Shown piece by piece: positions 32,126 through 42,288 of a stretch of DNA of 64,000 nucleotides. The notes under the pieces were generated by a model. That model saw nothing but the letters and a program-made list of their open reading frames with translations, was not told where the DNA came from and made no database searches. This stretch comes from Deltaproteobacteria bacterium (GTDB lineage: Bacteria > Myxococcota_A > Polyangia > Polyangiales > Houyiibacteriaceae), in the NCBI GenBank assembly GCA_034670305.1, contig JAXMNT010000001.1, positions 128,001-192,000 on the forward strand, given 5' to 3'. Within the stretch, counting starts at the first letter, position 1. Every line of letters begins with the position of its first letter. A program made the position numbers and the translations under genes.

Positions 32126-33610
32126 TCAGCCCTCGATGAGGATGGTGCCCGCAGTCGGGGCCGGCGAGGTCTGTGGTGTGCCGGTGACCGTGCCAGAGGA
32201 CGTATGCCAGCGGATGCGACCGGCGGCCCCGCCGCCACCGCCGCCATGATCGCCCTGGCCGCCGTTCTCACCCGCCAAGTCGTCGAACGCGCCGCCGCTG
32301 CCTCCCCGCGCGTCGCCGGATCCGCCGGCCGCCCGCCGCACGTCCCGCACCGCGTGTTCGCCGGGTCCGGAGCTGCCGAAGTTCTCGTGACCGCCGCCGC
32401 CGCCGCCGCCGTTCGCGACCACCCAGCCCATCACGCTGACACTCGGCGATTCGAGCAGCACCGAACCGCCTGCGCCGCCCCCGCCCCCGCTGTCGTCGTC
32501 CCCGTCGCCGCCTGCGCCGCCGACATCGATCACCCCGGTCGGCCCGACGGTGATGAACCCGCTCGTGGTGATCTGGAGACCGCCGCCACCGCCGCCGCCG
32601 TGTCCGCCTCCATCGGCGGGCGCGCCGGATCCGCCGCCGCCGCCGCCGACCAGTGGCACCGCGAGCGCGTCGTCGATCGCAGCGCCGCCCGTGCCGCCGC
32701 TGCCGCGCCCGCCGCAGCAGTCGCGTTCGTCGCCGCCGTTGCCTCCAGCCGCGCCATGTCCACCGCCGCCGCCGCCGCCGCCAAGTCCGTCGAACGCGCC
32801 GCCGAGGTGTCCTCGCTCGCCCGCGCCCAAACCGAACCCGTCGCTTCGGTCCACGCCGCCAAGGCCGCCACCTGGACCGGGCGAACGTCCCGAAGCGCTC
32901 AGATCGATCGTGCCGTTGATGATCGCCTGGGTCGCGAGCAAGACGACTGCGGCTCCCCCGACCGCGACCAGCCGCCCGCCGTCTTCCACCAAGATCTGAT
33001 CGAACGCGAAGATCGCCAGTTTGGGCGCGTCGCCTTGTTCTTCGGAGCCGAAGTGCATGCCGTCGATCAACCCATCGCCCGGCGCTCGAATCACGGTGCC
33101 GGTGCCCGTCTCCCGGATCCCGCCGTCGCTGCTGTTGAGCTCCACCGATTCGCCGGCCCTCACGGTCAAGGAGGCCGTGCCGCGAAAGAGCGCGGCGTCG
33201 TCGTCGACATTGCTCACGTCGAGTCGGCGGCACGTCTCTCCGGTCGTGGCGCAGCCGAGCGGGCACTCGGCCACCACCACGAGCCCGCCTTCCGTGCACT
33301 CCAGGATCGTAGGCTCCGCGCAGTAGCGGTCACCGATGCGGCAGCCTCCATCCCTCGGCGGGGCGTCCACGCCGGTGTCGAGCGCGTCGACCGCGCTGTC
33401 GACCGGTGGCGCATCCATCGGGGGCGCGTCCATCGGGGGCGCGTCCATGCCGGGCGCGTCGAGTCCGGGCGCGTCGAGGTGCGCGTCGAGGTGCGCATCG
33501 AGCCCGTTCGCATCGAGCCCGCCTGCATCGGCGCCGAGGTTCAGACCGGTGCGGTCGACGGCGCACGCCGCGACCAAGGCCACGACGCAGATCAGCGTGC
33601 TGTGTTTCAC
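32126..33610 (-). CDS. Gly-rich lipoprotein
   Basis: Lipobox VAAC-A; DAPxM repeats; Cys-rich module; GGGGGAGGSVLL-type repeats; GTG overlaps the rnc stop. Confidence 0.8.
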   Translation of the reverse strand: MKHSTLICVVALVAACAVDRTGLNLGADAGGLDANGLDAHLDAHLDAPGLDAPGMDAPPMDAPPMDAPPVDSAVDALDTGVDAPPRDGGCRIGDRYCAEPTILECTEGGLVVVAECPLGCATTGETCRRLDVSNVDDDAALFRGTASLTVRAGESVELNSSDGGIRETGTGTVIRAPGDGLIDGMHFGSEEQGDAPKLAIFAFDQILVEDGGRLVAVGGAAVVLLATQAIINGTIDLSASGRSPGPGGGLGGVDRSDGFGLGAGERGHLGGAFDGLGGGGGGGGHGAAGGNGGDERDCCGGRGSGGTGGAAIDDALAVPLVGGGGGGSGAPADGGGHGGGGGGGLQITTSGFITVGPTGVIDVGGAGGDGDDDSGGGGGAGGSVLLESPSVSVMGWVVANGGGGGGGHENFGSSGPGEHAVRDVRRAAGGSGDARGGSGGAFDDLAGENGGQGDHGGGGGGAAGRIRWHTSSGTVTGTPQTSPAPTAGTILIEG

Positions 33611-34311
33611 GCGCCGACCTCCAGCTTCACGAGCGCGGACTCTGCGGCGATCTGCTCCGCTTCGGCTTTCGACCGGCCGGTGCCTTCGGCCACCACCTCG
33701 CCATCCAGTTCGATCGCCACCGTGAAGCGGCGGTCGTGGTCCGGTCCTTCTTCCACGAGCACCCGATAGCTGGGGGTGCCGCGGCCTCGGGCTTGGGTGA
33801 ACTCTTGGACCTGCGACTTGTGATCGCGGGCACCGGTGGCTGCTTCCAAGAGCGCTTCGAACTGACGCCGCACGGCACCCCAGGCCGCTTCGTGTCCGCC
33901 GTCTCGGTACACCGCCCCGACACAGGCCTCGAGCGCGGACGCGAGCAGCCGCGGTTTGTCGCGTCCGCCGGTCTTCTCTTCGCCCTTGCCAAGACGCAGC
34001 GCTTCGCCGAGCGCGAGCCGGCGGGCGACCTCCGCCAACTGCTTCTCGCAGACCAACTCCGCCCGGCGCCGGGTGAGTTGGCCCTCGCGCAGATCGGGGT
34101 ACCGCTCGAACAGCATCTCGGCCACGCAGACCCCGAGCACCGCGTCGCCGAGGAACTCCAGCCGCTCGTTGTCCCGTTTCACGAACTTCGAGTGTTCGTG
34201 TCGGTACGAGCGGTGGGTGAGCGCTGTCGCGAGCCATCCGAGGTCGTCGAACGAATGGCCCAAAGCTTCGGCGATGCCGAGAAGGGTCTGTTCTTCATCC
34301 GCGCGCCCCAC
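33607..34311 (-). CDS. rnc: Ribonuclease III
   Basis: ALTHRSY, NERLEFLGDAVL, dsRBD DHKSQVQE...GPDH...GRSKAEAEQIAA. Confidence 0.96.
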   Translation of the reverse strand: MGRADEEQTLLGIAEALGHSFDDLGWLATALTHRSYRHEHSKFVKRDNERLEFLGDAVLGVCVAEMLFERYPDLREGQLTRRRAELVCEKQLAEVARRLALGEALRLGKGEEKTGGRDKPRLLASALEACVGAVYRDGGHEAAWGAVRRQFEALLEAATGARDHKSQVQEFTQARGRGTPSYRVLVEEGPDHDRRFTVAIELDGEVVAEGTGRSKAEAEQIAAESALVKLEVGA

Positions 34312-34384
34312 CCTGATTCTGTACCCTTCTCGGGACTCCGGAGCAATGACACCTGGTGCCATTTGCGGAAATCCGCCCGGTCTT

Positions 34385-34412
34385 GGAACCTTTGGGTGTG
34401 TTCGCACGTCAC
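34385..34412 (+). promoter_or_regulatory. Putative ECF-sigma promoter
   Basis: GGAACC-16 nt-CGTCAC, ending 9 nt before ATG 34422. Confidence 0.45.
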
Positions 34413-34421
34413 ACCCTTTCC

Positions 34422-35258
34422 ATGCACCCAAGGCCCGACTCCGTCCGCTCCCCCATCGTTCGCCGCCCCGTCGCAGGCCGGCTCATCCTGGTTTCGGGAG
34501 GATTGGCGGCGGTCACCGCCATCGGCTTCGGGTTCTGGTTGCCGGCGAATGTCGAGGCGAGCCCCAACAAAGAGCGCATGGCCCAGCAAGAAGACCACCC
34601 GCAGGCGCCGCCGCCAACCCAGCCGTTTCTGCAGCCGCCCAGGGATCTGCAACCGGGCGGGGCCGGCGGAGAGCGGGTGCTCTCGGTGCTCGACGGCGTG
34701 CGGGAGAACCTGCGCGAGACCCGGTACCAACATCGAACCGTCGTGAACGAACGCCGAGGTCGTTACCTCTGGGACTGCAGCGGCATGGCGGATTGGGTGC
34801 TGGAGAAGGCGCGTCTGCGCCGGGCACGCCGGGCGCTCAACCGGAGCCGGCCGGTCGCCCGAAGTTTCTTCCGCACGATCGATCGCGCACCCACCGAACG
34901 GGCCCGCCGCGGTTGGCAAAAGATGGATCACATCGAGAACGTTCGACCCGGCGACGTCTTCGCATGGCTCCGCCCACCCGACTGGCCGAACCGCAACACC
35001 GGCCATGTGGGGTTCGTGCTGGCGGCGCCGCGCCGGGTGAACCGCTGGCCGGGCATGTACATCGTGCGCATCGCGGACGCGACCTCGGTGCCGCATCAGG
35101 ACGACACCCGAACCTGGCCCGGGGACGGCGGATACGGCGAAGGCACGATCCTCTGGACGAGCGACGGACTCGGACAGGCGCTCGCCTACGGCTGGCACGG
35201 CGTGCGCAGCCGCGGCGTCGTCGAGACCCGCGCCGTCTTCGGCCGCCTCAGCCGCTGA
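34422..35258 (+). CDS. Membrane-anchored NlpC/P60-like (papain-fold) protein
   Basis: TM helix; DCSG, RPGDV and TGHVGF motifs. Confidence 0.7.
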   Translation: MHPRPDSVRSPIVRRPVAGRLILVSGGLAAVTAIGFGFWLPANVEASPNKERMAQQEDHPQAPPPTQPFLQPPRDLQPGGAGGERVLSVLDGVRENLRETRYQHRTVVNERRGRYLWDCSGMADWVLEKARLRRARRALNRSRPVARSFFRTIDRAPTERARRGWQKMDHIENVRPGDVFAWLRPPDWPNRNTGHVGFVLAAPRRVNRWPGMYIVRIADATSVPHQDDTRTWPGDGGYGEGTILWTSDGLGQALAYGWHGVRSRGVVETRAVFGRLSR

Positions 35259-36615
35259 GTGTCTTGGACGCGAGCGGGCCTTCGAGCACGACTTCGAGTC
35301 CACCCTCCGCCGGGTGTTCGAAACGCATCGTCCAGCCGTGCCGTTCCGCGACTTCCCTGGCGATCGCGAGGCCGAGTCCGCTGCCGGCCGGTTGTCGGGT
35401 GCGGGCTCGTTCGCCGCGGAAGCGTCGCTGGGTGAGCCGGGCCCGTTCCGCTTCCGGCACACCGGGGCCGTCGTCGAGCACGCGCAGGCGAAGGCGGTCT
35501 TCTTCGAGCTCCAGAATCAGCGCCACGTGCCCACCGGCTTCGCCGTAGCGCACGGCGTTGTGGACCAGGTTGCCGATCGCGCGCTCGAGCAGCGTCACGT
35601 CGCCGGTGATCGGCACCGGACCATCCGGGATCGCGAACTCCAGTTCCACCTTTCGTTCCCGGGCGACCGGCCGGTGCCTTGCGACCACGCGCGGCACCAG
35701 CTCTGCCAGGTCCAGGGGATCCTGGCGCAGGGGTACGTCGCGGGAGTCGAGCTGCGCGGCGGCGGCCAGGTTGCGCAACAGCGAGGCCAAGTGGTGCGAT
35801 TCCTCGAGCGACGCCTTGAGTCGCGCATCGTCCGGCCGCTCCTGCAGCAAGGTGGAGATGTGCCCCTGCAGGACCGTCAACGGAATCATCACGTCGTGGG
35901 TGGTGTTGGCGACGAACCCGGCCAGCGCTTCGTCCCGCTTTTGCACTTCTTCGAGTGCTTGTTGCTGGCGTTCGCGGCTCGCCAGAAACGCGCGGGCGAG
36001 CCCGCCGAGTTCGTCGTCCGCATCGATCTCCGGCAGCGGCGCGTCCCCGCGTTCATCGACTGCAGCGGTGAGCCGGACCACGCGTCGAACGAGTGGCCCC
36101 GCGGCCAGCAGCGCGATCATCATCACGGCGAGCGTCAATGTGAGCGCGGGCACGACGGTCAGCCAGAGGGGCGGAGACGGGGTCGGCCGGCGCACGGCCA
36201 CGATGGCGCACGGCCCGCTGTCGGCTGCGCGAACGGCGACGAGGTGGTGTCCGTTGGGAAGTTCGAACGAGGCCCGGTCGGCGCCCGCCGACAGCACCGC
36301 CACGACCTCGGGAGGGAGTGTGCGGCTGCGTGGATCGGTGGGTTCGAACGTTGCGTTGTAGCTGTTCAGCCGGCCGAGTCCGCGCCGCCCTCGACCGCGC
36401 CCATGGCGTCCGGCGTGGGCTTCGCACTGTTCGAGGCCGCCGTCCTGCATCCGGTCCTGGAGCGCGTCCGCGGTGGCTTCGATCGCTTGCCACTGGATGA
36501 GCGCGCGGGTCGAGATGCCGGTTGCGATGCCGAGCGGAACGACGGTCAACAGAAGCGTTGCCGCGAGACGGACCCGCAGGCTGCGCCCGGTGCGGGCTCT
36601 GGTCTTGTCGCTCAC
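35248..36615 (-). CDS. Sensor histidine kinase
   Basis: Two TM helices, HAMP (DELGGLA), H-box THDVMIPL, NLVHNAVRY, DDGPG, GSGLGL. Confidence 0.93.
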   Translation of the reverse strand: MSDKTRARTGRSLRVRLAATLLLTVVPLGIATGISTRALIQWQAIEATADALQDRMQDGGLEQCEAHAGRHGRGRGRRGLGRLNSYNATFEPTDPRSRTLPPEVVAVLSAGADRASFELPNGHHLVAVRAADSGPCAIVAVRRPTPSPPLWLTVVPALTLTLAVMMIALLAAGPLVRRVVRLTAAVDERGDAPLPEIDADDELGGLARAFLASRERQQQALEEVQKRDEALAGFVANTTHDVMIPLTVLQGHISTLLQERPDDARLKASLEESHHLASLLRNLAAAAQLDSRDVPLRQDPLDLAELVPRVVARHRPVARERKVELEFAIPDGPVPITGDVTLLERAIGNLVHNAVRYGEAGGHVALILELEEDRLRLRVLDDGPGVPEAERARLTQRRFRGERARTRQPAGSGLGLAIAREVAERHGWTMRFEHPAEGGLEVVLEGPLASKTLSG

Positions 36616-37283
36616 GGCACCTCGGAGACCAGCTTGTAGCCGATGCCCCAGACGGTGGTGATCTGGGCACCGGCCGATCCGAGCTTCTTGCGAAGCCGGG
36701 AGATGTGCACGTCGAGGGTCCGTTCGGTGCCGCGTTCGGGATCGAGGGCTTCGTTCACCAGCGCCGCCCGGGTGACAGCGCTGCCCGCGCGTCGGGCGAG
36801 CGCTTCGAGCACATCGAGTTCGGCTTTGGTCAGTTCGATGATGGTGCCATCCACCCGGACTTCTCGTTTGCCTGCGTCGATCACGATCGCCCCGACGACC
36901 CGCGTGGTGCCGTCGCCGCGCACCAGATCCGGACGCCGCAGCCGTGCCCGCACCCGCGCCAGCAACTCCTCCGGCCAGAAGGGTTTGGTGACGTAGTCGT
37001 CCGCACCGAGCTTCAGTGCACGCACTTTGTCGCTCGCGTCCTGGCGCGCACTCAGCACGAGCACGGGCACGTCGCTGGTCTTGCGCCAGAGCGCGAGCAG
37101 GTCGAGTCCGTAGACGCCGGGCAACATCAAATCGAGGATCACCAAGCCGAAACGGTCCACTTCTGCCCGTTTGGCAACTTCCCCGTCGCGCAGCCACTCC
37201 ACGTCGAAGCCGGCGCCGCGCAGGCTCTCTGCGACCTGGGCGCCAAGCGCGTCGTCGTCTTCGATGAGCAGGATCCGATCCAT
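36612..37283 (-). CDS. OmpR-family response regulator
   Basis: LIEDD, LDLMLPG, GADDYVTKPF, RTLDVHISRLRKK, TVWGIGY. Confidence 0.96.
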   Translation of the reverse strand: MDRILLIEDDDALGAQVAESLRGAGFDVEWLRDGEVAKRAEVDRFGLVILDLMLPGVYGLDLLALWRKTSDVPVLVLSARQDASDKVRALKLGADDYVTKPFWPEELLARVRARLRRPDLVRGDGTTRVVGAIVIDAGKREVRVDGTIIELTKAELDVLEALARRAGSAVTRAALVNEALDPERGTERTLDVHISRLRKKLGSAGAQITTVWGIGYKLVSEVP

Positions 37284-37376
37284 GTCCCAAGATAGAACGC
37301 GGAAGTCTGAAGCTGGTCTAAAGAGATCGGTAAATCACCTGTCGCGCCCCGCCAACGCAGATAAGATGCATGGTTC

Positions 37377-39476
37377 ATGGCGGAGACGGACAACCCTGGG
37401 GCCACGGCTCCGAAGTCAGACGCGCCAAAGCCAACGGACTCGCCCACTGCACCCAGCGTGACGACGGGTGTGCGCAGGCCCGGGCAGGCGCCTGCGGTGA
37501 GACGACCGGGCGCTTTCGCGGAGCCTGTGCGTCGGCCCGGGCAGTTCGCGCCCCCGGCCGCCGAGCCCGAAGCGCCGTCGGACGATCTCTACCCCGTGGT
37601 CCCGATCAGTGGCGCGGAGCTTCGCGAGCGGGCCACCGACCTGCCGGCGCTCGGCAGCTTCGGTCCCTACGACATCCTCGGCCGCATCGCCCTCGGTGGC
37701 ATGGCGGAGATCCTCTTGGCCCGGCGCTCGGATGACCCGCGGCCGATCGTCGTGAAGAAGATCCTCGCGCAGTACGCGCGCGATGATGAGTTCAGCGAGA
37801 TGTTCCTGGACGAAGCCCGCATCTGCAGTGTGCTCGACCACAAGAACATCTGCCGCTTCCTCGACAGCGGGGAGATCGACGGTCAGCTCTTCATCTCGAT
37901 GGAATGGGTCCACGGCCCGACGCTCGGCCGCATGATTCGGCGCGCCCGCAAGTCCGGTGGACTGACGATGCCGATGGTGGCCGCGCTCGTCGCGCGGGTG
38001 GCCGACGCGTTGCACTACGCACACACCGCCCGGGACGCGCAGGGCACGGTCATGGGGCTCGTGCACCGGGACGTCTCTCCACACAACATCATGGTCGCGT
38101 ACGACGGCCAAGTGAAGTTGCTCGACTTCGGTATCGCCAAAGCGGAAGTGCAATCGCACCGGACCCAGGCGGGTGTCGTGAAGGGCAAGTTCGCCTACAT
38201 GGCACCCGAGCAGTGTCGTGGCCGCGACGTCGATTTCCGGATCGACATCTTTGCGCTCGGCGTCGTGTTCTACGAAGCGCTCACGGGCAAGAGTCTGTAC
38301 CGCCGGCAGAGCGAGATGGAGACGATGCGCGCGATCGTCACCGGCCCGGTGCCTTCGTTGTTCGAGAAACTCGAGTCGGCGCCGCGCGAACTCGAAGCGA
38401 TCGTGAAGACCGCGCTGGCGAAGGATCCCGCCGACCGGTTCCCGACCGCGGCTTCGATGCGCGATGTGCTTCGCAGCTACGTCAAACGCAGCGGTGAGAA
38501 TACCGACGACGATCACATCGCGTCGGTGGTCCAGCACCTGTTCGCCGACGAGCTGCAGCGCGGCCCGAGCGTGGACTCCACGCCGTTCGGGAGTTCGTTC
38601 AACATCTCGTCCGAATCGGGTGCGCGGCCCACCGCGGTGCCGCCCGCGCAGCGCGCCGCCGCGAAGCGTGTCGACCTCGAGACCGGTGCGCCCGAACTCG
38701 AATCGCTCGGAGCGTCCCTGCCGGTCCCGGATGAGGACGTCCCCACGGCGATCGGTGCACCCCTGGCCGACGATGCATCGGCGGCCCTCGGAGATTCGCT
38801 CGCGGAGTCCCTTGCCTCGCTCGAGGCGGACGACGCGGCGGACGAAGCCGGGATCGACGTCTTGGTGGGCGCGCCCGACGAGGCGACCGCGGCGGTGTCC
38901 CCAGACCGGCTGCTCGAGAGTCTCGCGAAGAGCCGCGCCGACGAGCCGACCGCCGGCGGACCGACCAGCACGCCCAGCGAACCCGGGCCGACCAAGCGGC
39001 CACCCGCGCCCGCACCGAGTCCGGCACCTGCGCCGCGTCCAGCGCCCGCCCCGGCGGCGGCGGGTCCGCTGCTGCCGCTTCCCCCGACCGCCGCCGTGGC
39101 GTCCGTGCCGAACCTCGAGGATGTGCCCGTCGCCGCCAAGCGGTCCACGATGTCCACGATCGCGATGGGCATGGCCGTGCTCGTCGCGGTGCTGGCCGGG
39201 GTGGCCCTCGGCATGTGGGCGCTCCAGAACGACCAGACACCGGTCGCGGTGGAAGACGCGCGGGCGAGCGTCGTGGTCCGGAGCACGCCGCCTGGCGCGT
39301 CCGTGGTGGTGGGCGAACGCCCCGCGCAACCGTCGCCCGCGGTGTTCGATCGACTCATGCCAGGCACCCACGACGTCCGGGTCGAACTCACGGGACATCA
39401 GGTGTGGCGCGGCCGCGTCATGATCGAAGCCGGCCAGAGTGGGGTCGTCGACGTGAACTTGGTGCCGAACCCCTAA
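37377..39476 (+). CDS. Membrane Ser/Thr kinase with PEGA domain
   Basis: GGMAEI, HRDVSPHN, DFG, GKFAYMAPE; TM helix; RSTPPGASV. Confidence 0.93.
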   Translation: MAETDNPGATAPKSDAPKPTDSPTAPSVTTGVRRPGQAPAVRRPGAFAEPVRRPGQFAPPAAEPEAPSDDLYPVVPISGAELRERATDLPALGSFGPYDILGRIALGGMAEILLARRSDDPRPIVVKKILAQYARDDEFSEMFLDEARICSVLDHKNICRFLDSGEIDGQLFISMEWVHGPTLGRMIRRARKSGGLTMPMVAALVARVADALHYAHTARDAQGTVMGLVHRDVSPHNIMVAYDGQVKLLDFGIAKAEVQSHRTQAGVVKGKFAYMAPEQCRGRDVDFRIDIFALGVVFYEALTGKSLYRRQSEMETMRAIVTGPVPSLFEKLESAPRELEAIVKTALAKDPADRFPTAASMRDVLRSYVKRSGENTDDDHIASVVQHLFADELQRGPSVDSTPFGSSFNISSESGARPTAVPPAQRAAAKRVDLETGAPELESLGASLPVPDEDVPTAIGAPLADDASAALGDSLAESLASLEADDAADEAGIDVLVGAPDEATAAVSPDRLLESLAKSRADEPTAGGPTSTPSEPGPTKRPPAPAPSPAPAPRPAPAPAAAGPLLPLPPTAAVASVPNLEDVPVAAKRSTMSTIAMGMAVLVAVLAGVALGMWALQNDQTPVAVEDARASVVVRSTPPGASVVVGERPAQPSPAVFDRLMPGTHDVRVELTGHQVWRGRVMIEAGQSGVVDVNLVPNP

Positions 39477-40840
39477 CGCCTGACGAGTTTGGCGAGCAGC
39501 TCGACGTGGGCCGTTTGGGGCAGCGTGTCCCAAGCCCGGAGCGACACCAGTTCGTATTCGGAGCCGAGCCGTTCGAGATCGCGGGCCAGTCCCGCAGGAC
39601 CACAGCTCATGATGTGGATGCGCGGCGGCTTTCTGGCGAGGAGCGCGTCGCACACCTGTTGGCCGAGGCCCTTGCGTGGCGGGTTGGCGACCACGACCTC
39701 AGGGGTGGATGCTTCGGCGCGAAGAAACGCTTCGACGCGCGTCGGTTCGACGCCGAGTGCGGCCGCGCTCTCGGGGTGGGCCTCCACCGGGGTGACGTCC
39801 GAGAAGAGCGCCCGCGCCGCCCGCGTGATCACGCCGGCGCCTGCGTAGAGGTCCCACAGGTGGGCGCCACCGAGGGCGGCCCCGTGTTCGTCTTGCAGCA
39901 GGGCATCGTAGAGCGCGTTGGCGACCACGGGGTTGGGCTGCAGAAACGCGAGCGCCCCTTGGTCAGAGCCGCCCACGTCCTCGAACGAGCCGCGGCCACG
40001 GAGGAGGGTCGCGGACGCGCCCCGAAGTGCGTTGCCGCCGGAAGCCGCCCAGGAGACGCCCACAGGGACGGTCAGTGCGTCCGCCACCTGTTGTGCGAGT
40101 TCGAGCGGGTCGACCTGCGCCGCGCCCCCGACCGAACCCGAGTCTTCGTCCTGCGTCGCATCCGCCGATTCGTCTGCCTCGGTACCGGATGCATCGAGGG
40201 TTTGTGCGGCGAGGATCAAAGTGACCAAGACATCGTCGCCGTTGGTCTTGAACCACACGCCCCGGAGCACGCCGCGGCCGGCGGACTCTTGCCATGCCGG
40301 GATGCCGACCTCCCGCGCAACCAGTTCGAGTTCGTCCGCGGCGGCTTGGATCCGCGGGTGGTCGACCAGACATCCCTGCATCCAGGCCGGACGGTGACTG
40401 CCGCGCACGAAGCTGCCGAGCCGCAGGCGTCCCGGGCCACCAAATGCGATCCGCTTGGCGGCGAATCGGTAGCCGAGCGCGGGGCCGGTGTGTTCGATCG
40501 TGTCGACCTTCAAGCCGAGGCTCGCCAGCATGGCGCGCTTCTGAACGCGCTGGGCGTCCTCGCCGAGCTGCATGAGCGGACAGCCAGAACACTTTCCTTC
40601 TGTGCTCGAATCGTGCCGTGCGCACGCCGCCTCGCGCCGCGCCGCATCTGGCTCCGTCACGGTGCGCACGATCGCATGGGCCACCGGCCCGCCGCGCGAC
40701 ACGTGCACGACTTCGACCTCGACGCGTTCGCCGCCGAACCCGCCTGCGACCCGCAGCTCTCGGCCCTCGACCTGTGCGACCCCGCGGCCTTCCAGATCGA
40801 TGTGGGTGAGGCCGACGACGAAACGGTCCGAGACTCTCAC
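39473..40840 (-). CDS. rlmD: RlmD/TrmA-family RNA m5U methyltransferase
   Basis: TRAM-like N-terminus; C...CSGC; FLQPN, DLYAGAG, NPPRKG, SCGP, PQTAHVE. Confidence 0.85.
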   Translation of the reverse strand: MRVSDRFVVGLTHIDLEGRGVAQVEGRELRVAGGFGGERVEVEVVHVSRGGPVAHAIVRTVTEPDAARREAACARHDSSTEGKCSGCPLMQLGEDAQRVQKRAMLASLGLKVDTIEHTGPALGYRFAAKRIAFGGPGRLRLGSFVRGSHRPAWMQGCLVDHPRIQAAADELELVAREVGIPAWQESAGRGVLRGVWFKTNGDDVLVTLILAAQTLDASGTEADESADATQDEDSGSVGGAAQVDPLELAQQVADALTVPVGVSWAASGGNALRGASATLLRGRGSFEDVGGSDQGALAFLQPNPVVANALYDALLQDEHGAALGGAHLWDLYAGAGVITRAARALFSDVTPVEAHPESAAALGVEPTRVEAFLRAEASTPEVVVANPPRKGLGQQVCDALLARKPPRIHIMSCGPAGLARDLERLGSEYELVSLRAWDTLPQTAHVELLAKLVRR

Positions 40841-42180
40841 GCGCTGGGCTCCGCCGGTTGCCCGTCGTCCGACGCGCCGGCCCCTTCGGATGCGCCGGGA
40901 GCCTCCGGTGTCTCCGTCGAGTCGGACGCCGCCTCGGATGGGTCGGGACCAGGCGTCCCGTCGTCGCCGAGCTCGAGTCCCGGCAGTTCGAACACCGCCT
41001 GTCCGGTCTCGAAATCGAGATGGAACTTGAAGTCGTAGCGCTGTCCGTCGCGCAGGTCTTCGAGTTCGAACCCTTCCAGGAGCGCGTGCGAATGCGCCAC
41101 GCGCGGCGGCAGCGAGGGCAAGAGTTCGTCGAGCGCAGGACCCGCCTGGAAGATGCCCACCCCGACTCCGGGCGGCCGCAGGTGTGCCTGTCGGATGTAG
41201 CCGAGCACCGACTCCACCGCGCCGACCGAACGCACGATGCGCCAGTCCGGAGACACCGTGAGTGGCGGGGTCACTTCTTCCGCCGCCGGGCCGAGCCAGC
41301 GTTTGCGGTCCTTGGTCACCCGCCAGATCCCGTAGACGCATCCGCCCGCGATGAGCCAGCCCACCGGAAGGCTCCAGAGCGGCAGGTGCTCGGCCGCGGT
41401 GATGTTGGCTTCGGGACCCGCGAGCTTCGACGCGAGCAGTGCGGTCGAGTTGTTGGCCACGTGCGCGACGATCGGCACGAGGGTGGTGCCGGTGCGGGCG
41501 CCGAGCCACGCGAGGTAGAACCCGAGCGGCAGCACGCCCGCGACGTGGTGCGGGTCCATGTGAAAACACGAGAAGCTGACCGCGCTGAGGATGATCGCGA
41601 AACGTCCGAACCCGGCCGCGCGTTGCACGAGCCCCCGGAAGAACACTTCTTCGGAGATGCCCGGGGCGAGCGCGATGATCGGCCAGAGCATCCACGCGGG
41701 GTGGGCGGTGACGAACGCTTCGATCGAGCCGAGCGCGTTCATCGTCCAGTTCGGAAAGTACTCCTGCATCCACATCACGAGCCGGTCCGAGGTCGGCCCG
41801 AGTGCGAGGATCCCAATCGGCGCCAGCACGAACGTCAGCGGCGGTGCACCGCGGAAGCCGAGTGCTTCTTTGATCGAGACCTTGGAGAGCTTCGCCGTGA
41901 GCATCGGCACGACCACCAGGAAGAACCCGGTCGCGACGACGCTGGACGCGACGATCGGGTAGTTCGACATCACCCGCTCCATGAACGCGGGGTCCTGGAG
42001 CGCCTCGGGGGTCAGCGCCGAGGCCGGCAGCACCAGGAACGCCACGCCGATCGAGACCACGCCGCTCCCGACGATGGCGAGGAGGCCGCCGATGACCGCG
42101 CCAGCGAATGCCGGAATCGGCCGGATGCGGAAGCGGGGGGGCGCGGAGGAGGCAGGGACCAGCAGAGGGGTGCGCGGCAC
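40837..42180 (-). CDS. CPBP (CAAX/Abi) intramembrane protease with extra C-terminal soluble domain
   Basis: EEVFFRG, FSCFH, AHVANN; about 150-aa soluble tail. Confidence 0.85.
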   Translation of the reverse strand: MPRTPLLVPASSAPPRFRIRPIPAFAGAVIGGLLAIVGSGVVSIGVAFLVLPASALTPEALQDPAFMERVMSNYPIVASSVVATGFFLVVVPMLTAKLSKVSIKEALGFRGAPPLTFVLAPIGILALGPTSDRLVMWMQEYFPNWTMNALGSIEAFVTAHPAWMLWPIIALAPGISEEVFFRGLVQRAAGFGRFAIILSAVSFSCFHMDPHHVAGVLPLGFYLAWLGARTGTTLVPIVAHVANNSTALLASKLAGPEANITAAEHLPLWSLPVGWLIAGGCVYGIWRVTKDRKRWLGPAAEEVTPPLTVSPDWRIVRSVGAVESVLGYIRQAHLRPPGVGVGIFQAGPALDELLPSLPPRVAHSHALLEGFELEDLRDGQRYDFKFHLDFETGQAVFELPGLELGDDGTPGPDPSEAASDSTETPEAPGASEGAGASDDGQPAEPSA

Positions 42181-42288
42181 CGAGACGCCATATCACGTAT
42201 CTGGCCGCCTTCGACCCGGGTCGCTGGGCGCGTCTCGCTGGCACAGGTCGGCGGTTGACGCGGGGAGGGCCGTGCGCACCCTCCGGCC

